NCBI GenBank assembly: GCA_965214705.1
Contig: OZ243972.1
Location: forward strand, 2,656,001 to 2,720,000
Direction: 5' to 3'
Length of the DNA: 64,000 nt
From: Alphaproteobacteria bacterium
Lineage (GTDB): Bacteria; Pseudomonadota; Alphaproteobacteria; UBA828
The position numbers and the translations under genes are program-made. The notes beneath the pieces are model-generated. The model did no database searches and was not told the origin of the DNA. It saw nothing but the letters and a program-made list of their open reading frames with translations. Below are positions 1 through 10,746 of the stretch, one piece after another (the first letter of the stretch is position 1; every line of letters starts with the position of its first letter).

Positions 1-84
1 CGTCAGCCCGGCGGCCATCAGAAACAGCATGAAGCCGAACTGAAGGCCGTTCAGGAGCTGCTCGACGATGAGCGAGACCGTCAA
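1..84 (-). CDS. Branched-chain amino acid ABC transporter permease (LivH-like), 5' end only
   Basis: Reverse strand from TTG at 84 reads MTVSLIVEQLLNGLQFGFMLFLMAAGLT, a typical LivH N-terminus; runs off the window edge; same strand as the upstream binding protein. Confidence 0.8.
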   Translation of the reverse strand, partial: MTVSLIVEQLLNGLQFGFMLFLMAAGLT

Positions 85-278
85 GTTGGTGCCTCGGTCA
101 CGCGGATGGCCCGGCGACTGCTGACTCGCAACGAATGTCGGGAGCGGCCTTCCATGCCCATGCTTTCGACTTCGGACGCTTGCGGTCCACTTAGCATCTT
201 GAGTGACGAACTAGGTAGGGCTTGCGTTGAACGCATTCCCTGCAGACAATCTAGTCAGACTGGTCAGGATCATGTGAT

Positions 279-527
279 ATGGCGACATGGCAGGTGCAGG
301 AGGCCAAGGCGCGCTTCAGCGAGTTGATGCGCGGTGCCGACGAGGCCGGGCCGCAGACGATCACCGTGCGAGGGCGGCGTGCGGCCGTGCTCCTGTCCGC
401 GAACGATTACGACCGTCTCCGTAGCCGAAAGCCCTCGTTGACCGTGCTCATGCGCGCGTCTCCGCTGGCGGGTATCGAGCTCACCGTCGACCGAGACCAA
501 ACGCCGCCGCGCGATGTCGATCTGTGA
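279..527 (+). CDS. Phd/YefM family antitoxin
   Basis: MATWQVQEAKARFSELMR...GPQTITVRGRRAAVLLS Phd motif; 4-nt overlap with a PIN toxin. Confidence 0.9.
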   Translation: MATWQVQEAKARFSELMRGADEAGPQTITVRGRRAAVLLSANDYDRLRSRKPSLTVLMRASPLAGIELTVDRDQTPPRDVDL

Positions 528-937
528 GCTTCCTCGTCGACACTTGCGCACTCTCCGAGCTGGTCAAGCCGAAACCGTCGAGTGACGTCTGCGACTGGTT
601 CGACGCTGCACCGCCGGAAGTGCTGTTCGTGAGTGTTCTGACGCTCGGCGAAATTCGGAAGGGCGTGGAAAAGCTCGAAGGCGGTCGCCGACGCGCACTG
701 ATCGCCACGTGGCTCGAGACGGCGTTGCCTGCGTGGTTCGAAGACCGGGTCCTGCCGGTGGATGCCGGCGTCGCGGACGAATGGGGTCGTCTGGCGGCCC
801 GCCTGCCCAGGCCGATTCCCGCCATCGACAGCCTCATCGCCGCGACCGCTATCCGGCACCGCCTCGCGATCGTCACGCGCAACGAACCCGACTTCGCGAC
901 CACGGGAGTGGATATCTTGAACCCGTGGAAGACTTGA
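524..937 (+). CDS. vapC: VapC/PIN domain toxin
   Basis: FLVDTCALSE, SVLTLGEI and DSLIAATA...IVTRN.DF PIN motifs. Confidence 0.9.
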   Translation: MSFLVDTCALSELVKPKPSSDVCDWFDAAPPEVLFVSVLTLGEIRKGVEKLEGGRRRALIATWLETALPAWFEDRVLPVDAGVADEWGRLAARLPRPIPAIDSLIAATAIRHRLAIVTRNEPDFATTGVDILNPWKT

Positions 938-986
938 GTGGTCGGAGAGACCGGTCGTCTGCCACGGCATGAATCGCCAAGAGCAC

Positions 987-1017
987 CGGAACGGGCCGCG
1001 CTGAGCGGCCCGTTCCG
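987..1017. terminator. 13-bp stem hairpin between convergent vapC and ABC binding-protein gene
   Basis: CGGAACGGGCCGC-GCTGA-GCGGCCCGTTCCG perfect stem; no clear U-tract. Confidence 0.55.
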
Positions 1018-1031
1018 TCCGCTCCAGCAGG

Positions 1032-2171
1032 CTACATCTGGCAGACGTCGATATACGCGTTGGCGTGGTCGGTCATGGCCACGCCCACGATCTTGTTGGT
1101 GTAGACGTCACCTTCCTTGATCACTTCGCGGACGTAGATGTCCTGGATCGGGTGGTGGTTGGGGGCGAATGCGAAGTCGCCGCGCGTGGACTTGAAGTCC
1201 GCCGCCCTGAGAGCATCGCGGAACGCGTCGGCATCCGAGACGCTCGCCTTGCCCATGGCCGAGATCAGCAGGTTCGCCGTGTCGAAGCCCTGGCTCGCAT
1301 AGAGCGAGGGCAGGCGGCCGTACTCGGCCTGGAAGCTCTCGACGAAAGCCTTGTTGGTCGGATTGTCGATGTCCTTGTTCCACTGCGAGGTGTTCTTCAC
1401 ACCCATCGCCGCCTCGCCGACGGCCTGCAGGATGCCCTGGTCGAAGGAGAAGGCAGGGCCGACGAGCGGGATGTCGATACCGGCCTGGGCATACTGCTTG
1501 AGGAAGGCGATGCCCATGCCGCCCGGCAGGAAGAAGTACACGCTGTCGGCGCCCGAGGCCCTAATCTGCGCGATCTCCGGCGCGTATTCGTTCGCGCCCA
1601 GCTTGGTGTAGACCTCGTCGGCGACGGCGCCTTTATAGAAGCGCTTGTAACCGGTCAGCATGTCGCGGCCGGCGGGGTAGTTGGGCGCGAGCAGAAAGCT
1701 GTTGCTGTAGCCGGCGTCGTTCGCATAGCCGCCGGCGGCCTCGGCCAGATTGTCGTTCTGCCAGGCGACGTTGAAGTAGTTCTCGTGGCAGCGTTCGCCG
1801 GCAAGCAGCGAGGGCCCCGCGTTGGGCGAGAGGTAGAACTTGCCCTGCTGCACCACTGCCGGCACGACGGCGATGGCGAGGTTCGACCAGATGATGCCAG
1901 TCAGCACGTCGACCTTGTCGCTCTGCATCATCTTGTCGGCGAGCTGGACGGCGATATCCGGCTTGCGCTGGTCGTCCTCCACGATCACCTCGATGTCGGC
2001 ACCGGCTTGCTTGACGGCGAGCATGAAGGCGTCGCGCACGTCGATGCCGAGGCTGGCACCGCCGCCGGAGAGTGTCGTGATCATGCCGACCTTGAGCGTC
2101 TCGGCATGGGCGGCCGTTGCCAGCGCCATCGCTGCAACCGCCACTGTCAGCAGGCTGGGTAATTTTCTCAT
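1032..2171 (-). CDS. ABC transporter substrate-binding protein (LivK/LivJ-type)
   Basis: Signal peptide, KVGMITTLSG, EDDQRKPD and YASQGFD motifs of the periplasmic binding protein type 1 family. Confidence 0.9.
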   Translation of the reverse strand: MRKLPSLLTVAVAAMALATAAHAETLKVGMITTLSGGGASLGIDVRDAFMLAVKQAGADIEVIVEDDQRKPDIAVQLADKMMQSDKVDVLTGIIWSNLAIAVVPAVVQQGKFYLSPNAGPSLLAGERCHENYFNVAWQNDNLAEAAGGYANDAGYSNSFLLAPNYPAGRDMLTGYKRFYKGAVADEVYTKLGANEYAPEIAQIRASGADSVYFFLPGGMGIAFLKQYAQAGIDIPLVGPAFSFDQGILQAVGEAAMGVKNTSQWNKDIDNPTNKAFVESFQAEYGRLPSLYASQGFDTANLLISAMGKASVSDADAFRDALRAADFKSTRGDFAFAPNHHPIQDIYVREVIKEGDVYTNKIVGVAMTDHANAYIDVCQM

Positions 2172-2222
2172 GGGTCTTGGCCTCCCGTGGTGTGTCTTCG
2201 TCCAATCAGTCTAGGGGAGCAG

Positions 2223-3671
2223 TCACGCGCCCGCGTTGACCGGGGGCAAGCGATCCGCCCAGGGTTGCGCCTGTTCAAGCTGGCCGGCGAGGCGGAAGAG
2301 CAGCGCTTCGTCGAGGTCGCGCCCGACCAGCTGGGAGCCCACCGGCACGCCGTCGGCGGTCCAGTGCAGCGGCAGCGAAATGCCCGGAAGCCCGGTCGCG
2401 TTGAAAGGCTGGGTGAAGGCGCAATCCGGTCCCATGATGTTCGCGTTGTAGTCGTCACAATCGCGCGACATGTCGTAGTAGCCGATCTTGCGCGCCACCA
2501 TCGGCACCACCGGGCATAGCCATGCGTCGTAGGCGGCCATTCGCCCCACGATGTCGCGGCACATGGCGCGGAGCTGAGCCACGTCGTTGTGATGATCGAC
2601 GCCGGAGATGCCGCGGCCCCGCTGGATCGTCGTCCAGTAGAGGTTCTCGGTTTCGTCCTGCCTGAGCGTGTGGCCGACGAGCTCGGCCGAGCCATCGAAC
2701 CAGGCTGCCGTGACCACAGCGCCGATCCGCATGTAGCAGTCGTAGAGCGGCCAGAAGTCGTAGGGCGCGGTCTCGGGCGTGACCCGGTGGCCGAGGCTCT
2801 CCAGCAGCTTGCCGGTGTTCTCGATGCCTTCGCGCACCTCTGCGTCCACCGGGGTGCAGCCGTCGGGCGAGGCGGTGACCATGGCGATCGAGAGCGAGTC
2901 CGGATCCTTGCCGATCTCGTCGAGGTAGGGGGTCTCCGGCATGACCGCGTAGTAGGGATCGCCGCGCATGGGGCCGCCCACGGTGTCGAAGAAAGCCGCC
3001 GTGTCGCGCAGGCTGCGCGAGACGCAGAGGAAGGTCACGCCGCCGTACCAGAAGTCCGCACCCGGCGCCATCGTGATGCGCCCGCGCGCGGGCTTGAGGC
3101 CGACGAGGCCGGAATGGCAGGCGGGCGTGCGGATGGAACCGCCGCCGTCGCTTGCTTCCGCCAGCGGCAGCACGCGGGCCGCCACCGCCGCCGCGGAGCC
3201 GCCGGAGGAGCCGCCCGGCGTGCGCGTCGTGTCCCACGGATTGACCGTCGGGCCGTACATCTTGGGCTCGGTGGAGAGCGCCCAGCCGGCCTCGGGCGAG
3301 TTGGACTTGCCGAGCAGCACGAAGCCCGCCTGCTTGACGCGCCGGACCTGCTCGTTGTCGCTGGTCGAGACGACATCCTTGAAGTAGGGGCAGGCATTGG
3401 TGTTCTGCAGGCCGGTCCAATCGGTCGCGATCTCCTTCACCAGCCAGGGCACGCCCTTGAAGGGGCCGTCGGGCAGCGTCGGGTCGGCCGCCATCTTGCG
3501 GCCTTCCTCGTAGGCTTTGTAGGTGAGGAAGTTGAGCGTGCCGTTGACGGCTTCGGCGCGGCGAATCGCCTCTTCGAGCACCTCGCTCGGTGAAACCTCG
3601 CCTTGTTTGACCAGGGCGGCGAGCCCCACGCCGTCGAGTGAGCCGTAAACCTCGGAAATCCCGCCCGTCAT
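2223..3671 (-). CDS. Amidase (amidase-signature family)
   Basis: GVPWLVKE, TPGGSSGGSAAAVAA and SDGGGSIRTPA signature. Confidence 0.92.
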   Translation of the reverse strand: MTGGISEVYGSLDGVGLAALVKQGEVSPSEVLEEAIRRAEAVNGTLNFLTYKAYEEGRKMAADPTLPDGPFKGVPWLVKEIATDWTGLQNTNACPYFKDVVSTSDNEQVRRVKQAGFVLLGKSNSPEAGWALSTEPKMYGPTVNPWDTTRTPGGSSGGSAAAVAARVLPLAEASDGGGSIRTPACHSGLVGLKPARGRITMAPGADFWYGGVTFLCVSRSLRDTAAFFDTVGGPMRGDPYYAVMPETPYLDEIGKDPDSLSIAMVTASPDGCTPVDAEVREGIENTGKLLESLGHRVTPETAPYDFWPLYDCYMRIGAVVTAAWFDGSAELVGHTLRQDETENLYWTTIQRGRGISGVDHHNDVAQLRAMCRDIVGRMAAYDAWLCPVVPMVARKIGYYDMSRDCDDYNANIMGPDCAFTQPFNATGLPGISLPLHWTADGVPVGSQLVGRDLDEALLFRLAGQLEQAQPWADRLPPVNAGA

Positions 3672-3777
3672 GCGTCCTCTCCCTGCATCATGCGATCGCG
3701 CCCAAGCGCCGGCTTGTTATCGCACGCCGGGCGCAGGCGTGACACCCTCGGCCTGACTGGGGGCTCTTGCCGTTCCT

Positions 3778-6700
3778 TCAGGCCGGCGCCGGCTGGCGTG
3801 CCGCGCCGGAGCGCTCCGCGCGCAACTTGCGGGTCGCCTCCTCGTCGAGCCGCATCGGCTCGGGCTCGATCACGACGCCGTAGTCGTCCCGCGCGCGCTC
3901 GATAGAGGTGAAGCCGTCGAACACGTCCGAGAGCACCAGCGCCGGATCGCGCTCCAGCGGATCGCCGTAGCCGCCCGAGTTCGGCACCGTGATCTCGATG
4001 CTGTCGCCGGCGGCGAGTCGGAAGCCGGTGAACTTCGACGGCCACGCTTCTTCGTCCGCGCCGCCGCGGTTGCGCACGACGGAGGCGTTCAGCCCCGCCA
4101 TGCCGCCGAAGACTCCCCAGGGCTCGTCGGACTCGTGCCGCTCTCCTTCGCAGGTGACGATGGTCTCCACCAGCATCCTGTTGACCCGCACCATGCCGAT
4201 GCCGCCCCGCCACTTGCCGGCGGCGCAGGGCTCGTTGCGCAGCTCGTAGCGCTCGGTGCGGATCGGGAAGCGCCACTCCAGCTCCTCGATCGGGTTGTTG
4301 CGGGTGTTGGCGATGAGGCAATCCACGGCGTCCATGCCGTCGCGATCCGGGCGGCCGCCGTAGGAGCCTTCGTCGACCTCCAGGTAGACCCAGTACTCGC
4401 CCTGTTCCGCGTCGAAGCCGGAGTAGGAGATGAAGTGCAGGTGGGCGGAGTTGCCCGCGGTCACCCGCTCCGGCACCACCGGCGCGAGCGCGCGCAGCAC
4501 CAGATCGACCGCGCGCTGCACCTGGCAGAAGCGGGCGAAGCAGGAGCGCGGGAAGTTGGGGTTGAAGATCGAGCCCTTGGGCGCGATGACGTTGATCGGC
4601 CGGGTCATGCCCTCGTTCTGCGGCACGTAGACCGGGTGGGTCACGGTATCGAGGAAGATCATCCGCGTGATGAACGACATGGCGGAGCAGGTCGTGCCCT
4701 CGAAGGGCACGTTGTAGCCGGTCGGCACCTCATCGCTGGAGCCGGTGAGGTCGTAGGTGATCTCGTCGCCTTCGATGATGACCTTGACCTTGACCGGCAG
4801 CTTGCGGCCCCGGTTGACCCCGTCGTCGTCGAGATAACCCATAGCGGTCTCGTACTCGCCGTCGGGAATCCTGGCGATCTCGCGGCGCAGCATCTGCTCC
4901 GAATAGGTCATCCAGTGCTGGCCGGCCGCGTCGACGGCAGTCCGCCCGTAGCGCTCGATCAGGTCGAGGTAGCGCCGCTTGGCGAGCTCGCAGGCCGCGA
5001 TCATGGCCTGGATGTCGCCCTCGTTGGGCGTGGGCGTGCGCATGTTCTCCAGGATGTGCTTCCAGAGCCCGTCCTGCCGCACGCCTTTCACCGCGAGCTT
5101 CACGGCGCGGTAGATGTTGCCCTCGGCGTAAATGTCGACCGCGTTGATGTTGAGCCCCGGATAGGCGCCGCCGATGTCGAGCAGGTGGGCGGAGGCGCCT
5201 GCGAATCCCACCAGCTCGCCCCGATCGTAGATCGGCATCACGATGGCGCAGTCCGGCGAATGCGTGGCCCCGTAGTAGGGGTCGTTGTGGAAGATGATGT
5301 CGCCTTCGTGGATGTCGCCGTCGAGCAGCTCGATGACGTTCTGGACGATGCGCGGCATGGCGCCCATGAACATCGGCGTCGATTCAGACTCCGCCAGCAT
5401 GAGGCCGTCGCGGTCGAAGATGCCCGCGCCGAGGTCTTCGGATTCGCGGATGATCGAGGAATAGGACATGCGGTAGAGCACGCCTGCCATCTCCTGCGCG
5501 ATGGCGGTGAACGCACCGCCGATGACGCGCTGCATGATCGGCGCAGCCAGGTCGTGCCCGTGCTGCGCCACCGCGCCCGCGCAATCGATCACGATATTGC
5601 CGCGCGCATCGATCGCCGCCTCGCAGCGGGGCGGGATCACCACGGTCGTGTCGTATTGCTCGACGATGGCAGGGCCCGCGATGCGGTCGCCGGCGCGGAG
5701 CGCGGCGCGGTCGTAGAACGGCGTCTCGTGGGTCTCGCCCTTGCCCTCGACCTCGAACACCACCGGCTGGCGCAGCAGCGGCGTCGGCGCGCCATCACCG
5801 CTCTCGATCTCCGGCCAGTCGAGGTCCGGGATGCGGCCGATGGCGACCGCGCGGATGTTGATGATCTCGACGGGGGCATCGAAGCGATGGCCATACTCGG
5901 CATCGTGGGCGCGATGGAAGCGTTCGGCCAGCTCCTCGACCCAGGCGTCGTCGATCTCGCCCGCCGGTGCGTCGAAGCGCACCTCGTAGCCCTGGCCGGC
6001 GTAGCGGCAATCGGCGAGGCGGCGGATCAGGCGGTCGCCCTCCGGCACGCCGTCGGCCTCCAGCCGCGCCAGCGCCTGGCCGGTCAGTTCCTCGAAGCGG
6101 GCGGCGAGATGGGCGCGGTCGAGCGTCGCCAGCGGCTGGCGCTCGGTGGTGACGAACTCGTGCTGCATGTCGGTGGCCAGCAGCCCGGTGGCGGAGAGGA
6201 TGCCCGGATGCGGCGGCACCAGCACGCGCGGAATCTCAAGCTCCACCGCGATGTCGCAGGCGAAGAGCGGGCCCGCGCCGCCGGCGGCGACGAGGGTGAA
6301 GTCGCGCGGGTCGTAGCCGCGCCGCACGCTGTTGAGCTCGATGGCCTGCACCATGCTGAACTTCTGGATCTGGAGCGCGCCGAGCGCGGTCTCCTCCAGC
6401 GACATGTCGAGCGTGCCGGCGAGCCCTTGCAGCGCGTTCTGGGCGAGGTCCGCGTGCAGGGTCATGCTGCCGCCGACGAGGCCGCGGTCGGTGCGGAGCC
6501 GGCCGAGCGCCACCTGCGCGTCGGTGGAGGTGGGCTCGGCTCCGCCGCGTCCGTAGCAGGCGGGGCCAGGATCGGCGCCAGCGGATTGCGGGCCGACCCG
6601 GTAGATGCCGCCCTCGTCGACATAGGCGATGGAGCCGCCGCCCGCACCGATGGTGTCGATATCGACCATCGGGATCATGGCCTGGTAGTCGCCGACCTTG

Positions 6701-7641
6701 GTGTCGAGCAGGTGGCGCATCCTGAGCGCGCCGCCGGCGGCCACGCCGATGTCAGCGGACGTGCCGCCGATATCGAGCGTGAACACATTGTCGTAGCCGG
6801 CCATCTTGCCAGCCCAGATGCCACCGATCAGCCCTGCCACCGGCCCCGACATCATCAGGTTGACCGGGCCGCCGGTCGCGCTGTCTGCGGTCGTCATGCC
6901 GCCGGAGGACTGCATAAGGCGGACGCCGCGCGCGAGCCCCGCGTCCTTCAAGCCGGCTTCCAGCCGCCCGACATAGCTCCCTACGCGTGGGCCGACATAG
7001 GCGTTGAGGCAGGTGGTCGAGAAGCGCTCGAACTCGCGGTAGAGCGGCAGCACCTCGCTGGAAACCGAGAGGTAGGCGTCGGGGCACTCCTCCTGCAGGA
7101 TCTGCTTGATGCGCTGCTCGTGCGCCGGGTTGAGGTAGGCGTGCAGCAGGCAGACGGCGATGGCGTCCACTCCGGCCTTCCGAAGCACTCGCGCGCGCTC
7201 GCGCACCTCCGCCTCGTCCAGCGGCTCGATGATCTCGCCCCTGGGCGCGGTGACCCGTTCCTTGACCGTGAGCCGGTGGCGGCGCCTGACCAGCGGGCGC
7301 GACTGCCACGGCAGCTCCTGCTGCAGCGAGAAGTTGTGCGGCTTCTTGTGGCGCGCGATGTGGAGGATGTCGCGGAAGCCTTCGGTCGTGATCAGGCCGA
7401 CCTCGGCGCCCTTGTGCTCGATGGCGATGTTGGTCGCCACGGTGGTGCCGTGCAGCAGCAGGTCTACCGCCTCCAGGCTGACCCCGGCCTTGCCGCAGAG
7501 GGCGTCCACGCCCGTCATCACCGCTCGCGCTGGATCGTCCGGCGTGGACGGCACCTTGTCGACCGTGATCGCGCCTGCCGCCTCGTCGACCAGAATCAGG
7601 TCCGTGAAGGTACCGCCGACATCCACTCCGATGCGCCGCAT
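3778..7641 (-). CDS. Fused hydantoinase A/B (5-oxoprolinase/ATP-dependent lactamase family)
   Basis: GVDVGGTFTD, HGTTVATN, DIGGTS and SAGADPGPACYG (A part) followed by SYSSIIRESED, HNDPY, H.PD and GGYGDP (B part) in one 1287-aa ORF. Confidence 0.9.
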   Translation of the reverse strand: MRRIGVDVGGTFTDLILVDEAAGAITVDKVPSTPDDPARAVMTGVDALCGKAGVSLEAVDLLLHGTTVATNIAIEHKGAEVGLITTEGFRDILHIARHKKPHNFSLQQELPWQSRPLVRRRHRLTVKERVTAPRGEIIEPLDEAEVRERARVLRKAGVDAIAVCLLHAYLNPAHEQRIKQILQEECPDAYLSVSSEVLPLYREFERFSTTCLNAYVGPRVGSYVGRLEAGLKDAGLARGVRLMQSSGGMTTADSATGGPVNLMMSGPVAGLIGGIWAGKMAGYDNVFTLDIGGTSADIGVAAGGALRMRHLLDTKVGDYQAMIPMVDIDTIGAGGGSIAYVDEGGIYRVGPQSAGADPGPACYGRGGAEPTSTDAQVALGRLRTDRGLVGGSMTLHADLAQNALQGLAGTLDMSLEETALGALQIQKFSMVQAIELNSVRRGYDPRDFTLVAAGGAGPLFACDIAVELEIPRVLVPPHPGILSATGLLATDMQHEFVTTERQPLATLDRAHLAARFEELTGQALARLEADGVPEGDRLIRRLADCRYAGQGYEVRFDAPAGEIDDAWVEELAERFHRAHDAEYGHRFDAPVEIINIRAVAIGRIPDLDWPEIESGDGAPTPLLRQPVVFEVEGKGETHETPFYDRAALRAGDRIAGPAIVEQYDTTVVIPPRCEAAIDARGNIVIDCAGAVAQHGHDLAAPIMQRVIGGAFTAIAQEMAGVLYRMSYSSIIRESEDLGAGIFDRDGLMLAESESTPMFMGAMPRIVQNVIELLDGDIHEGDIIFHNDPYYGATHSPDCAIVMPIYDRGELVGFAGASAHLLDIGGAYPGLNINAVDIYAEGNIYRAVKLAVKGVRQDGLWKHILENMRTPTPNEGDIQAMIAACELAKRRYLDLIERYGRTAVDAAGQHWMTYSEQMLRREIARIPDGEYETAMGYLDDDGVNRGRKLPVKVKVIIEGDEITYDLTGSSDEVPTGYNVPFEGTTCSAMSFITRMIFLDTVTHPVYVPQNEGMTRPINVIAPKGSIFNPNFPRSCFARFCQVQRAVDLVLRALAPVVPERVTAGNSAHLHFISYSGFDAEQGEYWVYLEVDEGSYGGRPDRDGMDAVDCLIANTRNNPIEELEWRFPIRTERYELRNEPCAAGKWRGGIGMVRVNRMLVETIVTCEGERHESDEPWGVFGGMAGLNASVVRNRGGADEEAWPSKFTGFRLAAGDSIEITVPNSGGYGDPLERDPALVLSDVFDGFTSIERARDDYGVVIEPEPMRLDEEATRKLRAERSGAARQPAPA

Positions 7642-7856
7642 GGCTCCTCTCCCTCGAACGCCGGTATCGCCGCATCTTCGCCGACACCCGGCCGCACGAC
7701 AATCACTATGGGATTAGATCGTCGCAAACGAAGGAGTTGATGCATTTGCGCTCGGCATGAAATGGCACCTTGTAACAGGTTGATGCCGTCGCCACGTGAC
7801 GGTTGAAGGTCGCCTGCAAGCCAGCGGGTCTCCGCCAACGGGCGAGCATCGTCACG

Positions 7857-9257
7857 ATGTTCCTGAGCGTCTTCGACATCTTCAAGGTCGGCATCGGCCC
7901 GTCTTCGTCCCACACCATGGGGCCGATGGCGGCGGCCGAGGCCTTCCTCGCGCTACTGGCGGAGCGGGTCGCGACGGATCCGCCTCCCGATTCATGGCTG
8001 CGCATTCACGTCTCGCTCCATGGCTCGTTGGCCTTCACCGGCAGGGGCCATGCGACGGACCGGGCGATCGTGTTTGGACTGCTCGGCCATCGCGCCGGCG
8101 ACATCGACATCGACAAGGCCGAGGGCGACGTGGCGGTCCTCAGGCAGAGCAGACACCTGCCTCCACTCGGCGGCATCACGCTCGCGTTCGATCCGCATCA
8201 CCACATCTTTTTCGACTATGGCCCACCGCTACCGGGCCATCCCAACGGCATGGAGTTCCATGCAATCGATGCCGAGGGCGTGGGCTATCTGAGCCAGATC
8301 TACTATTCGATCGGCGGCGGTTTCATCGTGACGGCCGAGGAGCTCGCCGGCGGCCAGGCGGGCGTCGGCGACAATGCGGACGCGCAAGTGCCGTTCCCGT
8401 TCGAAAACGCCGCCTCCATGCTTCGAATGGCGGAGGAGAGCGGCAACTCCATCGCCCAGATGATGCTGGCGAACGAGCGCGCCCTCCGCTCCGACGCCGA
8501 GGTCGATGCCGGGCTCGCGGCACTCTGGGGTGCCATGGACTCCTGCATCGATCGCGGGCTCGCGCGGCAGGGCGAGCTCCCCGGCGGGCTTCGCGTGAAG
8601 CGGCGGGCGAGCGCGCTGTTCGAGCAGTTGTGCGACGAGCAGGGCTCCAACAGCGCCCAGCCTCACGTCTATGCCGACTGGCTCACCGTCTACGCCATGG
8701 CGGTCAACGAAGAGAACGCCGGCGGGGGCAAGGTGGTCACGGCACCGACCAACGGTGCCGCCGGCGTGATTCCGGCCGTGGTGCGCTACTACCTAGACCA
8801 TTGTATAGACGCCGAGAGAGTGCGGGTCGGGGAATTCCTGCTCACCGCCGCGGCGATCGGCGGCCTGATCAAGTCCAACGCGTCGATCTCCGGCGCCGAT
8901 GCCGGCTGCCAGGCGGAAGTCGGCTCCGCCGCGGCCATGGCTGCCGCCGGTCTCTGCGCTGTGCTCGACGGCACGCCGGCTCAGGTGGAGAACGCGGCCG
9001 AAATCGCGCTGGAGCACCATCTCGGCATGACCTGCGATCCGGTCGCAGGCCTGGTCCAGGTGCCGTGCATCGAGCGCAACGGCATCGGCGCGACCAAGGC
9101 CGTCACCGCTGCATCGCTGGCGCTGCGGGGGGATGGCACCCACTTCATGCCGCTCGACAACTGCATCCAGGCGATGCGCGAGACCGGGCGCGAGATGAGC
9201 GCCAAGTTCAAGGAGACCAGCCTCGGCGGTCTCGCCGTGAACATGCCGGAGTGCTGA
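7857..9257 (+). CDS. sdaA: L-serine ammonia-lyase (Fe-S)
   Basis: [25 protein letters not shown] and [20 protein letters not shown]; ATG at 7857. Confidence 0.95.
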   Translation: MFLSVFDIFKVGIGPSSSHTMGPMAAAEAFLALLAERVATDPPPDSWLRIHVSLHGSLAFTGRGHATDRAIVFGLLGHRAGDIDIDKAEGDVAVLRQSRHLPPLGGITLAFDPHHHIFFDYGPPLPGHPNGMEFHAIDAEGVGYLSQIYYSIGGGFIVTAEELAGGQAGVGDNADAQVPFPFENAASMLRMAEESGNSIAQMMLANERALRSDAEVDAGLAALWGAMDSCIDRGLARQGELPGGLRVKRRASALFEQLCDEQGSNSAQPHVYADWLTVYAMAVNEENAGGGKVVTAPTNGAAGVIPAVVRYYLDHCIDAERVRVGEFLLTAAAIGGLIKSNASISGADAGCQAEVGSAAAMAAAGLCAVLDGTPAQVENAAEIALEHHLGMTCDPVAGLVQVPCIERNGIGATKAVTAASLALRGDGTHFMPLDNCIQAMRETGREMSAKFKETSLGGLAVNMPEC

Positions 9258-9279
9258 ACCTATCCGCCTCTGTTGATCG

Positions 9280-10686
9280 TCACTCGGCCGCTTCGTCGGT
9301 CCGGGGCTCGACCAGTTCCTCCGCCTGAGCCTCGCGGGGGTCGAGCTCGACCGGCTCCAGCGTCGGGATCGAGGACGAAGCCGGCGCGACGCCCAGCTCC
9401 TCGAACTTGCGCGCCGCCGGCAGAACCCGGCTCTCGAGCGAGCCCACGCCCTTGTTGTAGCGGTCCACGGTCTGCCGCAGCGACCGGCCGAGGTCGCCCA
9501 TGTGCCCGCCGAAGACCTTGATCCGCTCGTAGAGGTCGCGGCCCTGCGCCGCCACGACTTGCGCATTCTCCGCGAGCTTCTCCTGCTGCCAGCCGTAAGC
9601 GATGGTCTTCACCAGCGCGATCAGGGTGGTCGGCGTGCTGATGAGGACCCGCTGGCGCGCGGCGCTCTCGAACAGCGCGGGGTCGCTCTCGATGGCCGCC
9701 GCGAAGAAGGATTCGCCGGGCACGAACATCACGACGAACTCGGGCGTCTCGGACAGGGCTTTCCAGTAGTCCCGCGATGACAGCATGCGCACGTGGTCCC
9801 GGACCTGGCGGGCGTGGTCGGCCATGAGCCGCTCGCGGGTCTCCTCGTCGGAGGCCTCCACGGCGCTGAGGTAGGCGTCGAGCGGCGTCTTGGCATCGAC
9901 GATGATCGACTTGCCGCCGGGAACGCGGATGATCACGTCGGGCCGCAGCCGGCCCTCTTCGCCCTCGATGGTCGACTGCTCGACGAAGTCCACGTGCTCG
10001 GTCATACCGGCCATGTCGAGCACGTTGCGCAGCTGGTATTCGCCCCAGCGCCCGCGGGTCTGGGGCCGCCTGAGCGCCTGCACGAGCCGGCTGGTTTCCG
10101 TCCGCAGGCCCGTCTGCCCCTCCGCCAGGCTCTTCACCTGTTCGCTGATGGCCCGGTAGGCGCCCTCGCGTGCCTTCTCGATCGCGTCCACCTTGTGCTC
10201 GAACTTGCTGAGGCTTTCGCCCAGCGGCTTGACCAGGGTTTCGATTGCAACGCGGCGCTTCTCCAGGTCGTCCTTGGCGCTCGCGCTGTGCTTCTCGAAG
10301 CGCTCGCTCACGAGCTTCAAGAATCCCTCGCTGTTCTTACCGAGAGCCTCGGCTGCGAGCCCCGCAAATTTCTTCTCGAGCTCGGCACCCATTCGCGTCA
10401 GCTCGGCGACGCGCGCCTCGTGGCTCTTGCGCTCGGCCTCCAGCGCTGCCTCAAGCGCAGCTTTTTTTCTGTCGATGTCCTGAAGCCGATCCCGGAGCGC
10501 GACGGTCTCCTCTTCGAGCCCAGCCACGCGCTCGGCGGCGGCGGTAAGGCGAGCGATCTCCGTTGCACGCGCCTCCCGCTCGCGCGCCGCTCTCCGTGTC
10601 GAAGGCAGCACGAAAGCGAAATAGCAGACCACCCCGCCCGCGAGCGCCGCCAGCACGATGACGATGATGGTCAGCCCGAGGCCCAT
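9280..10686 (-). CDS. rmuC: DNA recombination protein RmuC
   Basis: N-terminal TM and coiled coil, RGRWGE.QL, RPDVIIRVPG..IIVDAK and VVMFVPGE. Confidence 0.92.
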   Translation of the reverse strand: MGLGLTIIVIVLAALAGGVVCYFAFVLPSTRRAAREREARATEIARLTAAAERVAGLEEETVALRDRLQDIDRKKAALEAALEAERKSHEARVAELTRMGAELEKKFAGLAAEALGKNSEGFLKLVSERFEKHSASAKDDLEKRRVAIETLVKPLGESLSKFEHKVDAIEKAREGAYRAISEQVKSLAEGQTGLRTETSRLVQALRRPQTRGRWGEYQLRNVLDMAGMTEHVDFVEQSTIEGEEGRLRPDVIIRVPGGKSIIVDAKTPLDAYLSAVEASDEETRERLMADHARQVRDHVRMLSSRDYWKALSETPEFVVMFVPGESFFAAAIESDPALFESAARQRVLISTPTTLIALVKTIAYGWQQEKLAENAQVVAAQGRDLYERIKVFGGHMGDLGRSLRQTVDRYNKGVGSLESRVLPAARKFEELGVAPASSSIPTLEPVELDPREAQAEELVEPRTDEAAE

Positions 10687-10746
10687 GTCGTCGATCCGCC
10701 GTTCTCTCTCTGCAAGTTCAGGTGCGTCTGCGAGGGCGTGCGCGAG

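Noticed and set aside
4135-7740. 1201-aa plus-strand ORF (likewise 9793-12513, 18255-19967, 23887-26121, 46320-51287 and 59064-61274)
   Set aside because: Antisense shadows of well-supported genes in high-GC DNA; no recognisable motifs.
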